From Octopus vulgaris (Eukaryota), in assembly GCA_951406725.2 (NCBI GenBank), contig OX597832.1, positions 48,732,001-48,796,000 of the forward strand: a DNA stretch of 64,000 bases, in the 5' to 3' direction. The translations under genes were made by a program, and so were the position numbers. The notes under the pieces were generated by a model. It was not told the origin of the DNA. It saw only the letters and a program-made list of their open reading frames with translations, and did no database searches. Below are positions 1 to 14,195 of this stretch, piece by piece (positions within the stretch are counted from its first letter, which is position 1; each line of letters starts with the position of its first letter).

Positions 1-1214
1 AAAGAATCTCCCTCAACACATGGCTATGATGCCTGCCCCCACTGCTCCTGCTCATGATCAGAGGTGCACATATTGTCAGTCACTAAGTAACTTGCTCTAG
101 TAGTTAGGGTCAAGCAAATGACAAGTAAATCTATGGTATTGAGCAGAATATTTGCAATACCGATATTTCTGCTTCAGCAACCCAGCATTCAATCTGTCTG
201 AAATGTAATGGAAAAATAGGTCTGTTTCAAAGCATTGATGTCCAGATTACAAAAGCAAAGTTTGAAGGGAACAGTAATCGTTTCCTTTGATTTCTAGATA
301 GAAGAAGATAAGAACACTTGTTGAATAAAGACAAAAAAAAATTATTACATAATATTATTTAACTATTTCTTTTTGATTTTCATATGTTTGTTCAAAGTAA
401 CCGAATAGTCGAAAAGAAACTTATGACTTCTACTCTTACGGAAACATTACTTAACTTAGGCGCTCACACAATCCAGGTAAAAAGCAATCAGTTACGATAC
501 GTTCGTATGTCGAAGAATAACTTTATATTACGTCTAACACAACGATATATTCATGTCTTGTCAAAGCCCTAGGCATTCAACCAATACTATAGACATCGCT
601 GTAGATAACGCGGTACGCACTACCAGATCTTTAGGAGTCAGTTTTTTTGTTTTATTTCGATTTTCATTATCATTTTCTGTGACCTTTTTATTGCTTCTAT
701 AAAGCCCTCTCTTCTCGAAGCAGACCGTACTGATTCTTTCGAGCAGACCTTTTCAGTTAACCTTGCTTCCTCTCATCTCTCTTCTTTTGTATAATTTTCA
801 CACACCTCACGCTGATCACAGCGTCCAGTCTTTCCTTTTTCCAGAACGTCTACTCTCTAGAATTCTGTTTCTATTCATGCCTTTTCTGCAGATCTTATCC
901 TATAAAAGGGTCAAGAGGCACATTAGTAGTATCAGTCTTGCTTGCTCAGGAGGACCTGTAAGGATTGTGGGGACCGAGAAATTAAATGAAAATCTTAAGT
1001 TAGTTTACACGGTTGCTTTATTTGCAAGAAATAGCTGCTGAACCATAATCGAATTATATAATATTTTCGTCTTAACATAATGAATGATCGAGGGGACACA
1101 CTTTTGCCTGTTTTAGTCATTGGGTCGCGGCCATGCTAGAACACTGCTTGAGTATGAAGGGGAATAATATGAAGGCAGAGGTTGAAGAAAAAAATTCAAC
1201 GAAAATGAGATCAG

Positions 1215-1622
1215 GATAGTAGGAAGAAGAAGAAGAGGAGGAGGATTAGAGGAGGAAGAAGAAGGGGATAACAAGAGGAAGGAAGACGGGAGGAAGTGGT
1301 GGTGATGGAAGAGAAGGTGGAAGATGGTGGAGGAGGAGTTGGAGGAAGAGGAAGAGGTAGAGGTGGAGGCGGAGGAGGTGAGCATGCGGTGGAGGAGGAG
1401 GGAGAGGGGGGAGGAGAAGGAAAAGGAAGAGGTAGTGGTGGTGGTGGCAGTGGTGGAAGGGGAGGTGGTGGTGGTGAGGTGGAGGAAGAGGAGGAGAAGG
1501 AAGGGAGAAGAAGAAGAAAGAGGAGGAGAAAGAGGGAGAAGAAGAAGAAGAAGAAGAAGAAGAAGAAGAAGAAGAAGAAGAATGAAGGAATGAATGAATG
1601 AATGAATGAATGAATGAATGAA
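1215..1622. repeat. Purine-rich low-complexity tract, (GGA/GAA/GGT)n then (GAA)n and (GAAT)n
   Basis: Directly visible; accounts for the poly-G/E/K/P/L ORFs at 1113-1744. Confidence 0.95.
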
Positions 1623-1842
1623 TTCTGAAAACTGACGTGTGAGATTATTTTCGATAAATACAACAAATATGGCGATATAAAGAAAGAAATAAAACACTGT
1701 TTAATCCAAGCAAACAAAAGAAAAACAATATAAATCGATAACATTCTAAGAAACTACAGCGGTGTTGTATACTGAATAATATATCATCTGTTGTATATAC
1801 TATGTACACAGACTGCACTGTCAACTAAGAAACATTGTTATC

Positions 1843-2793
1843 ACAGAAAGAGTATTCAAACGATGTTTTTCAGTGATAATGATGTCACTATTCTTTTAAT
1901 GTTTAATGAGTTTGAAGTTACAAAATACCTGACGAAATCTTGCAGATTATATAGCAGCATTGAGTTATTTTTTTGATGACTAAGGTACACGATTCTCAGT
2001 TATGGGAATTTCACTTAGCTATGAGTAGTTATCGTTTGTATTCGAATGGTAAGCAAGGAGGAGGAGAAGGAAGAGAGAAGAAGAAAGAAGAGGAGAAGGA
2101 GGAGGAGGAGAAGGAAGAGAGAAGAAGAAAGAGGAGAAGAAGAAAAAGAAGATGAAGAAGAAGAAGAAGAAGCTTGAAATTCTCAGTGCAAATATCTCAA
2201 CTATTATACTTATTAGAAATTTTGGCACAAGGCTAATAATTTCGGGGAAGACTTTCAGTATTCAATTAGTATTTACTTTATAGACTACGAAAGGGATGAA
2301 AGGCAAAGTCAACCTCGGTGAAATTTGAACACAAAACCTGAAGACAGACGAAATGCCGCTAACCATCTACAGAAATAGTATTAAAACGATGTTTTTCAGC
2401 GATAATGATGTCACTATTTTGTTAATGTTTAATGATTTTGAAGTTACAAAATACCTGACGAAGTATTGTAGATTATATAGCAGCATTGAGTTAATTTTTG
2501 ATGACTAAGGTACACGATTCTCAGTTATGAGAATTTCACTTAGCTATGAGTAGTTATTGTTTATATTCGAATGGTAAGCAAGTAGTTCTTTAGCTTGAAA
2601 TTCTCAGTGCAAATATCTCAACTATTATGCTCATTACAAATTTTGGCACAAGGCTAATAAGTTAGTTGATTCCTTCGACTTCCAGTATTCAATTAGTATT
2701 TACTTTATAGACTACGAAAGCGATGAAAGGCAAAGTCAACCTCGGCGGAATTTGAACTCAAAACGTGAAGATGGACGAAATGCCGCTAATCAT
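1843..2793 (+). repeat. Local tandem duplication (copy 1 about 1843-2368, copy 2 about 2369-2793)
   Basis: Both copies start acagaaa(g/t)agtatt..aaacgatgtttttcag and run to gaaatgccgcta. Copy 1 has a GA-rich tract (about 2057-2171) that copy 2 lacks. Confidence 0.9.
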
Positions 2794-2830
2794 CTCGCCC
2801 GGTTTGCTAAAGATCCTCCCTGTTCGCTGC
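2645..2830 (-). mobile_element. SINE family A copy (tRNA head, Nin/Deu-like central domain), decayed; partial twin at about 2225-2365
   Basis: gatgaaaggcaaagtcaacctcggcggaatttgaactca matches the family A copy at 19072-19302. Confidence 0.85.
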
Positions 2831-2840
2831 CTATCTCAAC

Positions 2841-3570
2841 TATTGGGTTGTTCCACATGAAATGTCGCATTTTTAATTGTTATTTCAGTCATTTGGCTGT
2901 TGGTATGTCTGCTGCTGTTTGACGCTAGATCGTCTTATGACTGAACAGGCCTATGGAAAAACGATTTTCCCGTTTATTTATGGGTATGCTAGAGATCTGT
3001 TTCCTTGAGTCCTGTCCGTTTTAAAGATAATAAAATTGAATTGAAGGATTGCAGTTGGTTACTCTCAGGAATCCCGCCCTTAGAGGGTCCTATATAGCTT
3101 GCATTTAGTCTTGACTCTTTTCCTTTATTAAACAATTTTGGTATACAAAATTCGTACCCACAGACCTCATGAAAATAATAACAACCAAACTATGTTGAGT
3201 GATTTTCTCGTATGAGTACAAACTGGGTCACTCTGCTGGTAATGGTTTTGTTGACATCAGAACTGTTCAGAGATGGTTCCAAAGCTCTTGTTCAGGATAT
3301 GATGTCCATGAAAATAAACCAAGGGGTAAGCCAAAATCAGTTATTCGGCAAGTTGGATTAAGTGCTTTCGTTGAACAAAATCAAAATCCGAGAACAAGGA
3401 TTCGAAAACTTTCATCAGAACTCCAAACATCTCGCACAACTGTTTCTGGACACCTGTAACAAATTGGAAATGTCAAGAAAATGGATAGGTTTGTTCCACA
3501 TCAAGTGAACAAGATTTAAAAAATGTTTAAACAAGCAGTCGCCTTGAAGTGTGCTCCTTATTGCTTTCTC
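2841..3570 (+). mobile_element. Decayed Tc1/mariner transposon, 5' part
   Basis: TA + ttgggttgttcc TIR-like start. ORF 3199-3459 reads IFSYEYKLGHSA..TVQRWFQ..G..ENKPRGKP..RTRIRKLSSEL..SRTTVSGHL (mariner N-terminal HTH), followed by IGNVKKMDRFVPH, which resembles the WVPHEL motif. Confidence 0.85.
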
Positions 3571-4301
3571 AACTGGGCCTTGTGCCTAGAGTAGAAAAGA
3601 ATAGAAAATAATCTTTGAGTTAGATTGATTTGTGGCTTTGGGGTTAATTTAACTCTTATTTCAGCCTAAACGGTGCTGGCTTGTACCCTCCGTCACTTTT
3701 GTGACTCTATTAATTTTGCCTTTAGGTTGTAATTGCTAATAAACTAGGGTCGATCTAATCGACTGCCAACCGCCCCCAAAATTTCGGGCCTTGTGCCTTG
3801 AGTAGAAAAGATTATATTGAGAATTTTTATGACATTAAACTGCACCCTGTGGTGAGGCTCCAGTTAAGGAGTTCTCGGGCTGTAGGCAGGATGGAGTCAC
3901 CCCAAATTTACCATAACTCCTTGAACCGTTTCCATCCGGAACGGCAGAAACTGACAGGGCCCCATTCGGTGCGTGAAGTAGATTTTTGAAAGCGTAGATT
4001 GAGCTCAATAGCTGTAGTGAATGTAATCAATCTGCGAGAAGGAACACTCCAGAATGAATAACCCCACTTCCAACATACCCTAAGCCAGCCCGGAAGAGTA
4101 TGGTTGATAAAACTAACTTGAGGTATGTCTAATAACAGAGTTATGCTATGGACACAACTATCACATGTTAGTGTCCATTCTTCCGCAGGCGGAGATAGTG
4201 TGAAATGATGGGAAATTTAGAATAAGAACTTGTCTAGCTTCCTATTAGCACCGTATAGAAACGAGTCAAGGACTACCTCAGTTGCCGCCAGACAGTATAG
4301 A

Positions 4302-4394
4302 GACAGTATCTCGAGTATAACAATATATACAACAGACAGTATCACGAGTATAACGATATATACAAGAGACAGTATCACGAGTATAACGATATAT
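4302..4394 (+). repeat. Minisatellite, about 3 x 33 bp
   Basis: gacagtatc(t/a)cgagtataac(a/g)atatata recurs three times. Confidence 0.85.
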
Positions 4395-4729
4395 AAAATA
4401 TGATTTGTAAAATGAAAATTCATAAGGCACACGCAGAACAGTGAAACTACAAATTACAACCTGTCTATGTATGTATGTGCATTGTATGTGACTAAATGTG
4501 CGTATATGTGCTTTTGAGTGTACATATATGCATACTTACACACACACACACGCACACACACACACATATGTGTATGTTAATATCTATGCGTATAAATTTT
4601 TTGATTATAAATCTGTAATACTTTATATGTAAGGAGGCATGTAATTTTGTGACTGGATGAATGTTTGCATATATGCATATGTACACACACACACGTGCGT
4701 GTATATATATATATATATACACATACACA

Positions 4730-4768
<39 letters not shown>

Positions 4769-4812
4769 GCGGTGCTCCAGCATGGCCGCAGTCAAATGAT
4801 TGAAACAAGTAA

Positions 4813-4878
<66 letters not shown>

Positions 4879-5186
4879 CATACATATATATACGAATGAA
4901 TACACGTACATCTGTGTGCGTCTACCACAGGCATGAGACGTTCAAATTAAAGATACTAAAGTGAACTTTTCGCAATATTTTATTTATATATATAAAAGTA
5001 GTTTTAGAGACAGAACCACCCTCAACTCAATCAACATTTGAAGATATTATACCCGACCGAGCCATCAAATATTAAATATTGTATTTACTACATCTATTCA
5101 GAATCCCATACTTTCCATTTCAAAGACAACACGTGTTTCATGACAGTATGCCAGTATTATGTGGAAGCTTGCAGTAACACTTATAA

Positions 5187-5660
<474 letters not shown>

Positions 5661-6050
5661 ATAAATAGATAGATAATTCCAGATAGAGAGAGAGTAAGAG
5701 ACAGCTAAAGGGATGGATCGATGCATGGATGCATGGATGCATGCATACTTACGAATTCTGCTTTACATTTCTGTTGTACAAATTCTGCCAGCTTACGTTG
5801 AAGTGACTGGAATATCATATATTCAGAATATTGCAAGAGATTTGATTCCATGTTTCCGTGGTCGAAGAGTTACGGGCAGGTGTTCGTGTTGATATATATA
5901 TTCTCTCATTGTGTGAATGGAATTTTAAATTGCGCCAATCGGTAAACAGGATCTACAAATGACAATATTAGCTTTTCGGTTTGCACATTGAATGCGCATT
6001 CGTCAATGTGAAGCTTCGCACCTATTCATGCACGCCACGTTTACATATTT

Positions 6051-6086
<36 letters not shown>

Positions 6087-6289
6087 GCACACGCACGTGT
6101 TTGTGCACATACAACATCACTAATGGCAAACATACATTTATGTGTGTGTATTTGTGCGTGTGAATATGAGAGAGAGAGAAGGAGAGAGAGAAAGAGAGAG
6201 AGAGAGAGGATGTGTGTATATAAATACCTATGTGTATGCATTTGAGCGTGTGGCCCTATGTATGTGTGAACTTTCTGAGGGTATATATA

Positions 6290-6325
<36 letters not shown>

Positions 6326-6493
6326 TAGTTATCGCCAAGGTAACATGGCAATCCAGGAAAATAGGACGAATGCTGCCGTTGATAAGCTCAAAGAGGACAT
6401 CGCCTCTAGCTAGCTATGTGACATACAAGCCTGTGTCCATTACAACCTTCTAACAGGGGAAGTCAGCAGCTTCCCCTTACTTGTTCAACAGAC

Positions 6494-6534
6494 CCACAGA
6501 CTAGTTTCGGGGTATTTGCCCCTTTTCAATGTGG
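6494..6534 (-). ncRNA. Minimal type I hammerhead ribozyme, U3-A8 core variant
   Basis: Minus strand: ccaca UUGAAAA gggg-caaata-cccc GAAA CUAG UC ugugg. Stem I ccaca/ugugg; palindromic stem III ACUAGU. Lies in a (TA)n-flanked cassette at about 6322-6685. Confidence 0.75.
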
Positions 6535-6756
6535 TGTAGCCGAACCTGGCAGGCGTCGCTGCTGACCGTCTGTTCGAAGGTTTATTTACCTATATTCAGT
6601 GGAATACATCCACTGGTTTTCAAAAATAGAAATACTAATATTTCTAAATCTCTCTAAAGGAGACTACGGCAGCAGTACTGGATATTATATATATATATAT
6701 CAGAAATTAAAAAAGGAAAATACGCACACTTACATAGTTTTAATATAATTTTTAAT

Positions 6757-6791
6757 ATATCGACCGGTTTCGCTATCGCTATTCATGATAT
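6757..6791 (-). ncRNA. Minimal type I hammerhead ribozyme, A3-U8 core variant
   Basis: Minus strand: auauc AUGAAUA gc-gaua-gc GAAA CCGG UC gauau. Palindromic stem III ACCGGU. Lies in a TA-flanked cassette at about 6700-6840. Confidence 0.65.
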
Positions 6792-6838
6792 TATGTTTTA
6801 CTTATTTGAATATGTATTTTATTTTCCTTTTTTAATTT

Positions 6839-6918
<80 letters not shown>

Positions 6919-7167
6919 TATATGTATGTATATATATATATATATATATCTTTCCCCAGTAAATCATAAATCCGAAAGAGAAGCACACTCTAATTTATAG
7001 AGTAGTAGAGTATTTAGAGAATGGTAGTTACGCTCTGTTCGGGTTTAATCAGACGTGTGTAAAACTAAGAGCTTTATTGATGCGAAAACCTGGGTATCCC
7101 TATGAACTAGCCATAATTAACATCCTCTAAGTATATGTCATTTCGGATTATTGGATCAGGGGTTTTA

Positions 7168-7365
7168 ATGCAATAATTGAACGAATGAAATTTTGTAGGA
7201 AGAAGCCTGTGATTAGTTTATATATATATACAACTGGCAGAGTCCACGAAGGATAAAGCATTTTATGCAATAATTGAACGAATGAAATTTTGTAGAAGAA
7301 GCCTCTGATTAGTTATATATATATATATATATATACAACTGGTAGAGTCCACGAAAGATAAAGCG
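7168..7365 (+). repeat. Two tandem copies of about 95 bp, each with an internal (TA)n
   Basis: taattgaacgaatgaaattttgtag..aagaagcct.tgattagtt-(TA)n-caactgg.agagtccacgaa.gataaagc occurs twice. Confidence 0.85.
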
Positions 7366-7806
7366 TTAAAATGAAGAACGCATGTCCGAACTATAAAAGA
7401 GTATGAAGGGAATATTTGGGGAAACTTAAAATGGAAAATCTCAAAGAAACTTCGGCTCGAAAGTCAAACAGAAGCAAAACGAATGAAAGAGAAAGCTAAA
7501 AGGGAAAATGACAAATATGAGAAAATTAAGAAGTCCAAAGACACAAAATGTAGCATGGAAATTAAAACATAGATGTCGCCCAAATATAGGCATATATGTT
7601 AGTGTACTGATATTCAAATAGCAACAAGTTTGCTATCATCGTGATAACAGCTTTCACGAGTTACTGAGGGCGAAACAATCGACGATACAGTTAAATTTAT
7701 TATTGTATTGACACCATAAAACAGCGCTTTTATATAAGTAGCGGACTATATCACAGTAATTTCCCTTTGTATAACGGTCTTTTTTCATAGCGTTTTTCAG
7801 ATGGCC

Positions 7807-7869
7807 GGATAACCTAAGAGATGGTGTTGAGGATTTCCATCTCGGCACCCGAAACTCAGAGTTTTATCT
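7807..7869 (+). ncRNA. Degenerate type I hammerhead (relative of 16903-16962)
   Basis: ggauaa CCUAAGA ..ggug...cacc c GAAA CUCAGAG UU uuaucu. The 3' half is identical to the 16.9 kb copy; G5 is mutated. Confidence 0.55.
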
Positions 7870-7924
7870 TGGCTACCGAAAAATTGTCACATATTATTTT
7901 ATATATATATATATATATACACGT

Positions 7925-7962
<38 letters not shown>

Positions 7963-8179
7963 GTTTTGTTCTCTTACTTTATTATCATCTTATAATCATC
8001 TCATAATAATGACTTTTATGACTCGTATTACTACCTCAGTGAATCTAAATGTATTTATTTGTCTTTACCTGTCATAAATAGCCTTTTTTTTTATTTGCAA
8101 TGTGCATTTTCGTTGATTTTTCACATTTTACCCTTACATTTCCATGTGTATTTTATATTTTCTTTTCGTAACATATTTC

Positions 8180-8217
<38 letters not shown>

Positions 8218-8769
8218 GTGTGTATGAATGCGTGTGCGAATGTCTATATCTGTGTTTGTCTCCCACCACCGCTTCACAATCAGCGTTGGCTTGTTTACGT
8301 CCCAGTAACCTAGCGGCTCTGCAAGAGGGTCTGCTAGAATAAAAGCCAGGCTGGTTTCAAAAAATAAGTACAGTGGTTGATTCGTTCGGTTAAAAATTCT
8401 TGAAGACGGTACACCAGCATGGTCGCAGTCTATTGCCCAAAACAAGAAAATTTTTTTTTAAATTATGCGTTTATAACAATATTATATAATGTTGCTTGCC
8501 ATAATCATAATTCTATATTGCATTGGGAAGTGCACACAGCCAAATTGTCTGGCAACGTATTGAAAAGAAAATGTAAAGAGAAACACGTCGTGTTGAGAAG
8601 TGTTAAAAAGACGTAAATAAACTATGAAATACTGCAAAAAATTAGCTGGTATGCTGAAGGAATAAAATATAATTATTGGATGAATATGGTGAATACATCT
8701 ACAAAGCAAGAAATAATAATATTCAATAGAAATCTTGTTCACATTTCAATGTAGTTCGACATATTAACA

Positions 8770-8906
8770 TAGTTTAAAAGTACGGTGTGTTAAGCATAAC
8801 AGCCTTAGGGCTATCAGACACTGTCGTCTGCTTGCAAACAAGCAGACGATAGAAGACAGTGTCGTATGGCCCTAGGGCTGTCATGATTACCATACCATAC
8901 ATTTAA
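8770..8906. repeat. Imperfect long inverted repeat (hairpin)
   Basis: cagccttagggctatcagacactgtcgtctgcttg-caaa-caagcagacgatagaagacagtgtcgtatggccctagggctg, with weaker pairing further out. Confidence 0.8.
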
Positions 8907-9056
8907 CGGTGAAATAATGAAATGTCTAATGATGCCGGAGTCAAATATCAGCTTGAATGTTGAACAAATGTTAAAAAAGAATAGCTATTAGAATAATATC
9001 AAGAAAAAGAAAGGGTGGGGTGAAGTGCCTCATTAAGAGGAGAGAACTGCTCAGGG

Positions 9057-9108
<52 letters not shown>

Positions 9109-9109
<1 letters not shown>

Positions 9110-9448
9110 GTGGAGGCGCAGCGGACTCGCGGTCGTAGGATCGCGGTTTCGATTCCCAGACCGGGCGTTGTGAGTGTTTATTGAGTCTCCGGCAGGGATG
9201 GTGGTGATCCATGCTGTACTCTTTCACCACAACTTTCTCTCACTCTTACTTCCTGTTTCTGTTGTACCTGTATTTCAAAGGGCCAGCCTTGTCACTCTCT
9301 GTGTCACGCTGAATATCCCCGAGAACTACGTTAAGGGTACACGTGTCTGTGGAGTGCTCAGCCACTTACACGTTAATTTCACGAGCAGGCTGTTCCGTTG
9401 ATCGGATCAACCGGAACCCTCGTCGTCGTAACCGACGGAGTGCTTCCA

Positions 9449-9449
<1 letters not shown>
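9109..9449 (+). mobile_element. SINE family C copy (tRNA-derived), with internal deletions
   Basis: Near-identical to 37713-38095 and 41169-41551; B box ggtttcgattccc. Confidence 0.9.
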
Positions 9450-9490
<41 letters not shown>

Positions 9491-9654
9491 CTATAATAAA
9501 GTTGCTTAAACCACATACCGAAAATATTAGAAATAGCAGCCAAATAGGTTACCATTACTATTTCTACAAAAATAAGTCTCCACAAACAACAGTATTTGTA
9601 ACCCGTATATGGTAAAAAGAAGGAAGACAACGAAATCACAGTCTACTTGGATCA

Positions 9655-9711
9655 ATTTTGGACGATCGTTTCTGGATTAGAATCGTAAGTTCACTTCCTT
9701 ATCAACATAAT
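9655..9711 (-). ncRNA. Type I hammerhead ribozyme, U3-A8 core variant
   Basis: Minus strand: auuaug UUGAUAA gga...ucc a GAAA CGAUCG UC caaaau. Palindromic stem III ACGAUCGU. Lies in a TA-flanked cassette at about 9490-9737. Confidence 0.7.
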
Positions 9712-9760
9712 ATTTCCCATAAATCTAGAAATGCTAGATATATATATATATATATGTTTA

Positions 9761-10110
9761 TTCTTTTACTTGTTTCAGTCATTTGATTGCGGCCATGCTG
9801 GAGCACTGCCTTTAGACGAGCAAATCGACCCCAGGACTTATTCTTTGTAAGTCTAGTGCTTATTCTTTAAGTCTCTTTTGCCGAACCGCTAATTTACGGG
9901 GACGTTAACACGCCAGCATCGTTTGTCAGGTGATGTTGCAGGGACAAACACAGACACACAAACATATACATACACACACACGTCGGCCCGAGGCTATAGT
10001 AGAAGACACTTGCCCAAGGTGCCAAGCAGTGGAACTGAACCAGGAAGCATGTGGTTGGTAAGCAAGCTACTTACCACATAGCCACTCCCTATATTACTTT
10101 ATTGTTATTG
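9761..10110 (-). mobile_element. SINE family B copy (tRNA head, CORE-like domain, internal CA/TA tract)
   Basis: Reverse complement of the 58394-58795 consensus; carries the ggcaccttgggcaagt CORE-like motif. Confidence 0.9.
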
Positions 10111-10429
10111 TTGTTGTAATTATTATTATTATTATTATTATTACAGAGAGAATATGAAATTTTTCCATATACTTCATTTTTTTCTTCTTATTTTGAGTGT
10201 AGGAATACCTTTGGAACAAGGACCGCAAATATCTTATCTAATATTCTAACAAATGATTTGTGTTACCTTGTGTTTGATGAAATGGTAAGCTGCCGCTCGA
10301 AGATGGTATTGACGCTTAAAATGATGAATGGAAAATGTGAAGACAATTGTGTTTGTAAGTCGTACGACGGCAATGGAAGAGGCTGGGCATATTTTCGCAA
10401 AATATTCTTTTCTACTCAAAGCCCAAGGG

Positions 10430-10612
10430 CCGGAACTTTTTGGGAGGGGACCAGTCGATTAGATCGACCCCTGTATGCAACTGGTAATTTATTTATTGAT
10501 ACCGAAAAGATGAAAGGTAAACTCAACGTCGGCGGAATTTGAACTCAGAACGTAGCGAAAGACGAAATACTGCTAAACATTTCGCCCGGCGTGCTAACGA
10601 TTCTGCCAGCTA
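10430..10612 (-). mobile_element. SINE family A copy
   Basis: ggcggaatttgaactcagaacgtagc...cgcccggcgtgctaacgattctgccagct. Confidence 0.88.
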
Positions 10613-10717
10613 GCAAAATATCGAAAATGAGCGGCAGTAATCCAAACTTAGATTTCATGTAACTTCAAGCTAAAGAAAGAAAACCATACAGACTCTCACA
10701 GTTACACACACACACAC

Positions 10718-10791
<74 letters not shown>

Positions 10792-11665
10792 ATACACATA
10801 CACACATATACAAAAGGCTTCTTTCAGTCGATGTCCATACAACTCCTCTCACAAGGGTTCGCTCGGCAGGAGGACCTTTCGGAAAAGACACATGCTGAAG
10901 GTTCAGTCCATGGTATGGACTGAACTCCATACCATGTGATTGGGAAACAAACCTGCAAACACATATACATATACGTGTGTATATATATATGAGCTTCTGT
11001 GTGCGTTCGTATCTCTGAGCCTGTGTGTATTTATGTATACGCATACGTGTGTAGGTGTGTGGTGTGTTTCGGCTCGGCCATTATATTATAATGTTTGGCA
11101 TTATCTTTTAGCCATGATTTATTTCACACAGGTCTTGTTCTCAGCTGCCAAGGCAAGACAGCAGGATATATTATAATGATAAACCTGGCTTACTATCACC
11201 AAATTACTGTCCAATATCACCATTGAATGTAATAAAGTGATTATCAAAGACTTTGCGACTATGCTTATGTGCGTGTGTGTATGCACACACATACACACAC
11301 ATAAATATATGTATATATTTAATATAAACATGCTTGTAATATATATATATATATAGGTATGTGTGCATTTCGCCAATTCTGTCGCCTACTTATATACATA
11401 CATATATAAATATACATATATATATACACATACATACATACATACATGCATACATACATACATATATATACACACACACACACACATAAATATATATATA
11501 CATACATATATATATATGGATATGCTTGTATATATATATATATATAGGTGTGTGTGTGTGTGTGTGTGTTTGTGTACCTACGTGCGTATGTGTGTGCGTA
11601 TGTGTGCGCGTGTGTATTTTCAGAAATTACAGTGAGTATTTGTATGTGCATACGTGTATATGTAG

Positions 11666-11699
<34 letters not shown>

Positions 11700-11778
11700 A
11701 TATACATATATTTAAACATATATATGTTTATATATATATGTATGTATATAAATACATATATATATATATACATACATG

Positions 11779-11856
<78 letters not shown>

Positions 11857-12422
11857 CACATATATATGCGCGGAAACGATAAATCAGTTGGCGATGGCTG
11901 TCGAAGATAATCAAGCGTACTGATTGGAGAGGACAACGTGTTATTAGTAAATCCATAAAGATATAATTGCTTTGTAGCTATAAAACTGCAATATAAGCAA
12001 CGGAAATGTTATAACTCTTGCTCAGCATATATGGTAGAGGAGCCATAACAGTTAAATATACAACTCTATAATTGAAACACCCTTCACACATGCCACTGTA
12101 TATATCTCTCACTGAATCAAATGGATGCTTTTTATGTTTGATATGAGAGTTATTCCAGTAAAAACTCGGTGTAATGCCGATGGTCAATGAGAAGCCCCAA
12201 GGGAACCTATGGAAATACTAGAGGCTGGTATGATGATGAAGGATACTATAGGAATTGAGCTATAGTTGCGTGGTTCTGATTTTAATTTGTTATTCATGGG
12301 TTCCAGACTTCGATTTCGCTGCAAGTATCGTCTGGTTATGTGTTTCGTGTTTTGTGGCTTAGCCAAGTATCGTCCTATGATCTGTGAGTCGATTTGGCAG
12401 ATGCAGACGGAAAGAAACCTGT

Positions 12423-12463
<41 letters not shown>

Positions 12464-12611
12464 GTGTGTGTGTGTGTGTGTGTGTGTGCTTGTGTGCGCG
12501 TGTCTTTCTGCCTGCGTTTGTCCCACCGCCACCGATTGACAATCGGTGTCGATGCGTTTACTTACCCGTTTCGAGAAAAAAGATATATATATATATATAT
12601 ATATGTATATG

Positions 12612-12712
<101 letters not shown>

Positions 12713-12722
12713 ATAGACAGAC

Positions 12723-12771
<49 letters not shown>

Positions 12772-12904
12772 CAGGTATATATGTGTGTGAATATGTGTTC
12801 GTGTATGTGTGTGTACGAGCGCGCAAAATAGAAAAAGACCGAAACGAAGAGAAGGACAAAAGGAGATAGTATAAGAACATACATGCATAGACGCATACAT
12901 GCAT

Positions 12905-12978
<74 letters not shown>

Positions 12979-13347
12979 TCCTGTATACTTCTGTAAGAAC
13001 GGCTGATTGGTCCATACATACAGTCGGATTTAGTCTTATACTGCATCCTGGAAGATCAAGGGAATTATGGAATATCCAGTAGACTATTTACTACTTTAAT
13101 GTTCATGCCATTACAGAGTCGTATAGCAATCTCCATTCCCACGCAAGCGCACTAGACCTCATCGTTTAACAATAATCTGAGAGACACCATGCAATGACCT
13201 CAAAGCTTTATATATAAAGATGAGTTTTTACGTTTTATCTTGACCATTGATTGCTTTCACGGTGACCTGTAGAGGCAAGAGAACTAAATAGATATTAATG
13301 TGTGTATATATAGACAGAGAGGGATATATATGTGGATATGTGTGTGT

Positions 13348-13401
<54 letters not shown>

Positions 13402-13721
13402 GTGTTTGTGTGTTTGGGCGGGTGCAAATAAAAGTATGCATTAACCAGGTTTGACCAAATTTTCAGCAATAAAACCAGAGAAGTGTAATAGACACGTGCG
13501 CCGTGTACATAGGTTTGCAGATATATAGACGTATGAATGAGACTGCATGTCAGTATATGTACATACATACATACACACATATTACATCATCTCCAGTACT
13601 TAAGTAGTGCTTTATATTATTGACATGTATGCGATCAGTATAGTTTGTTTTAACGGAACATAAACGGTATTACAACTTCTATCTAAGATTGTTTCCCTTG
13701 TCCCATATTATCGCCCCCAGT

Positions 13722-13762
<41 letters not shown>

Positions 13763-13763
<1 letters not shown>

Positions 13764-13928
13764 GTGGCTGTGTGATAAACGTGGCTGTGTGATAAAAAGC
13801 TTGCTTCCCGGCAGATTCCCGGTTCAGTCCCACTGTGTGGCACTTAGGACAGTTATCTTCTACAACGGCCTAAAACCTTGTGAGTAGTTTTGGTAGACGG
13901 AAACTGAAAGACGCCCGTTGCATGTGTG

Positions 13929-13969
<41 letters not shown>

Positions 13970-14195
13970 TGTCTATCTGTCTGTTTGTGTATGTGTGTGT
14001 TTGCGTCTGTGTTTGACCCACACCACCGGCGCTTGACAATTGGTTTTGGCGTATTTATGTGACTAGATGGATTCTGATGGAATAAATACCAGGCTCAAAA
14101 TAGTATAAGTGTTAGGGGGTGCATTCATTCGAATAAAATGTGCTCGATGCGGTGCCCAGAATGGCCACAGTCCAATACCTGAAACAAGTAAATGA
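13763..14195 (+). mobile_element. SINE family B copy, decayed
   Basis: ccggttcagtcccactgtgtggcac...ggtagacggaaactgaaag...ggccacagtc..tgaaacaagtaaa. Confidence 0.85.

Noticed and set aside
4302-4394. CRISPR-like repeat
   Set aside because: Contiguous tandem units without unique spacers, in eukaryotic context with no cas genes.
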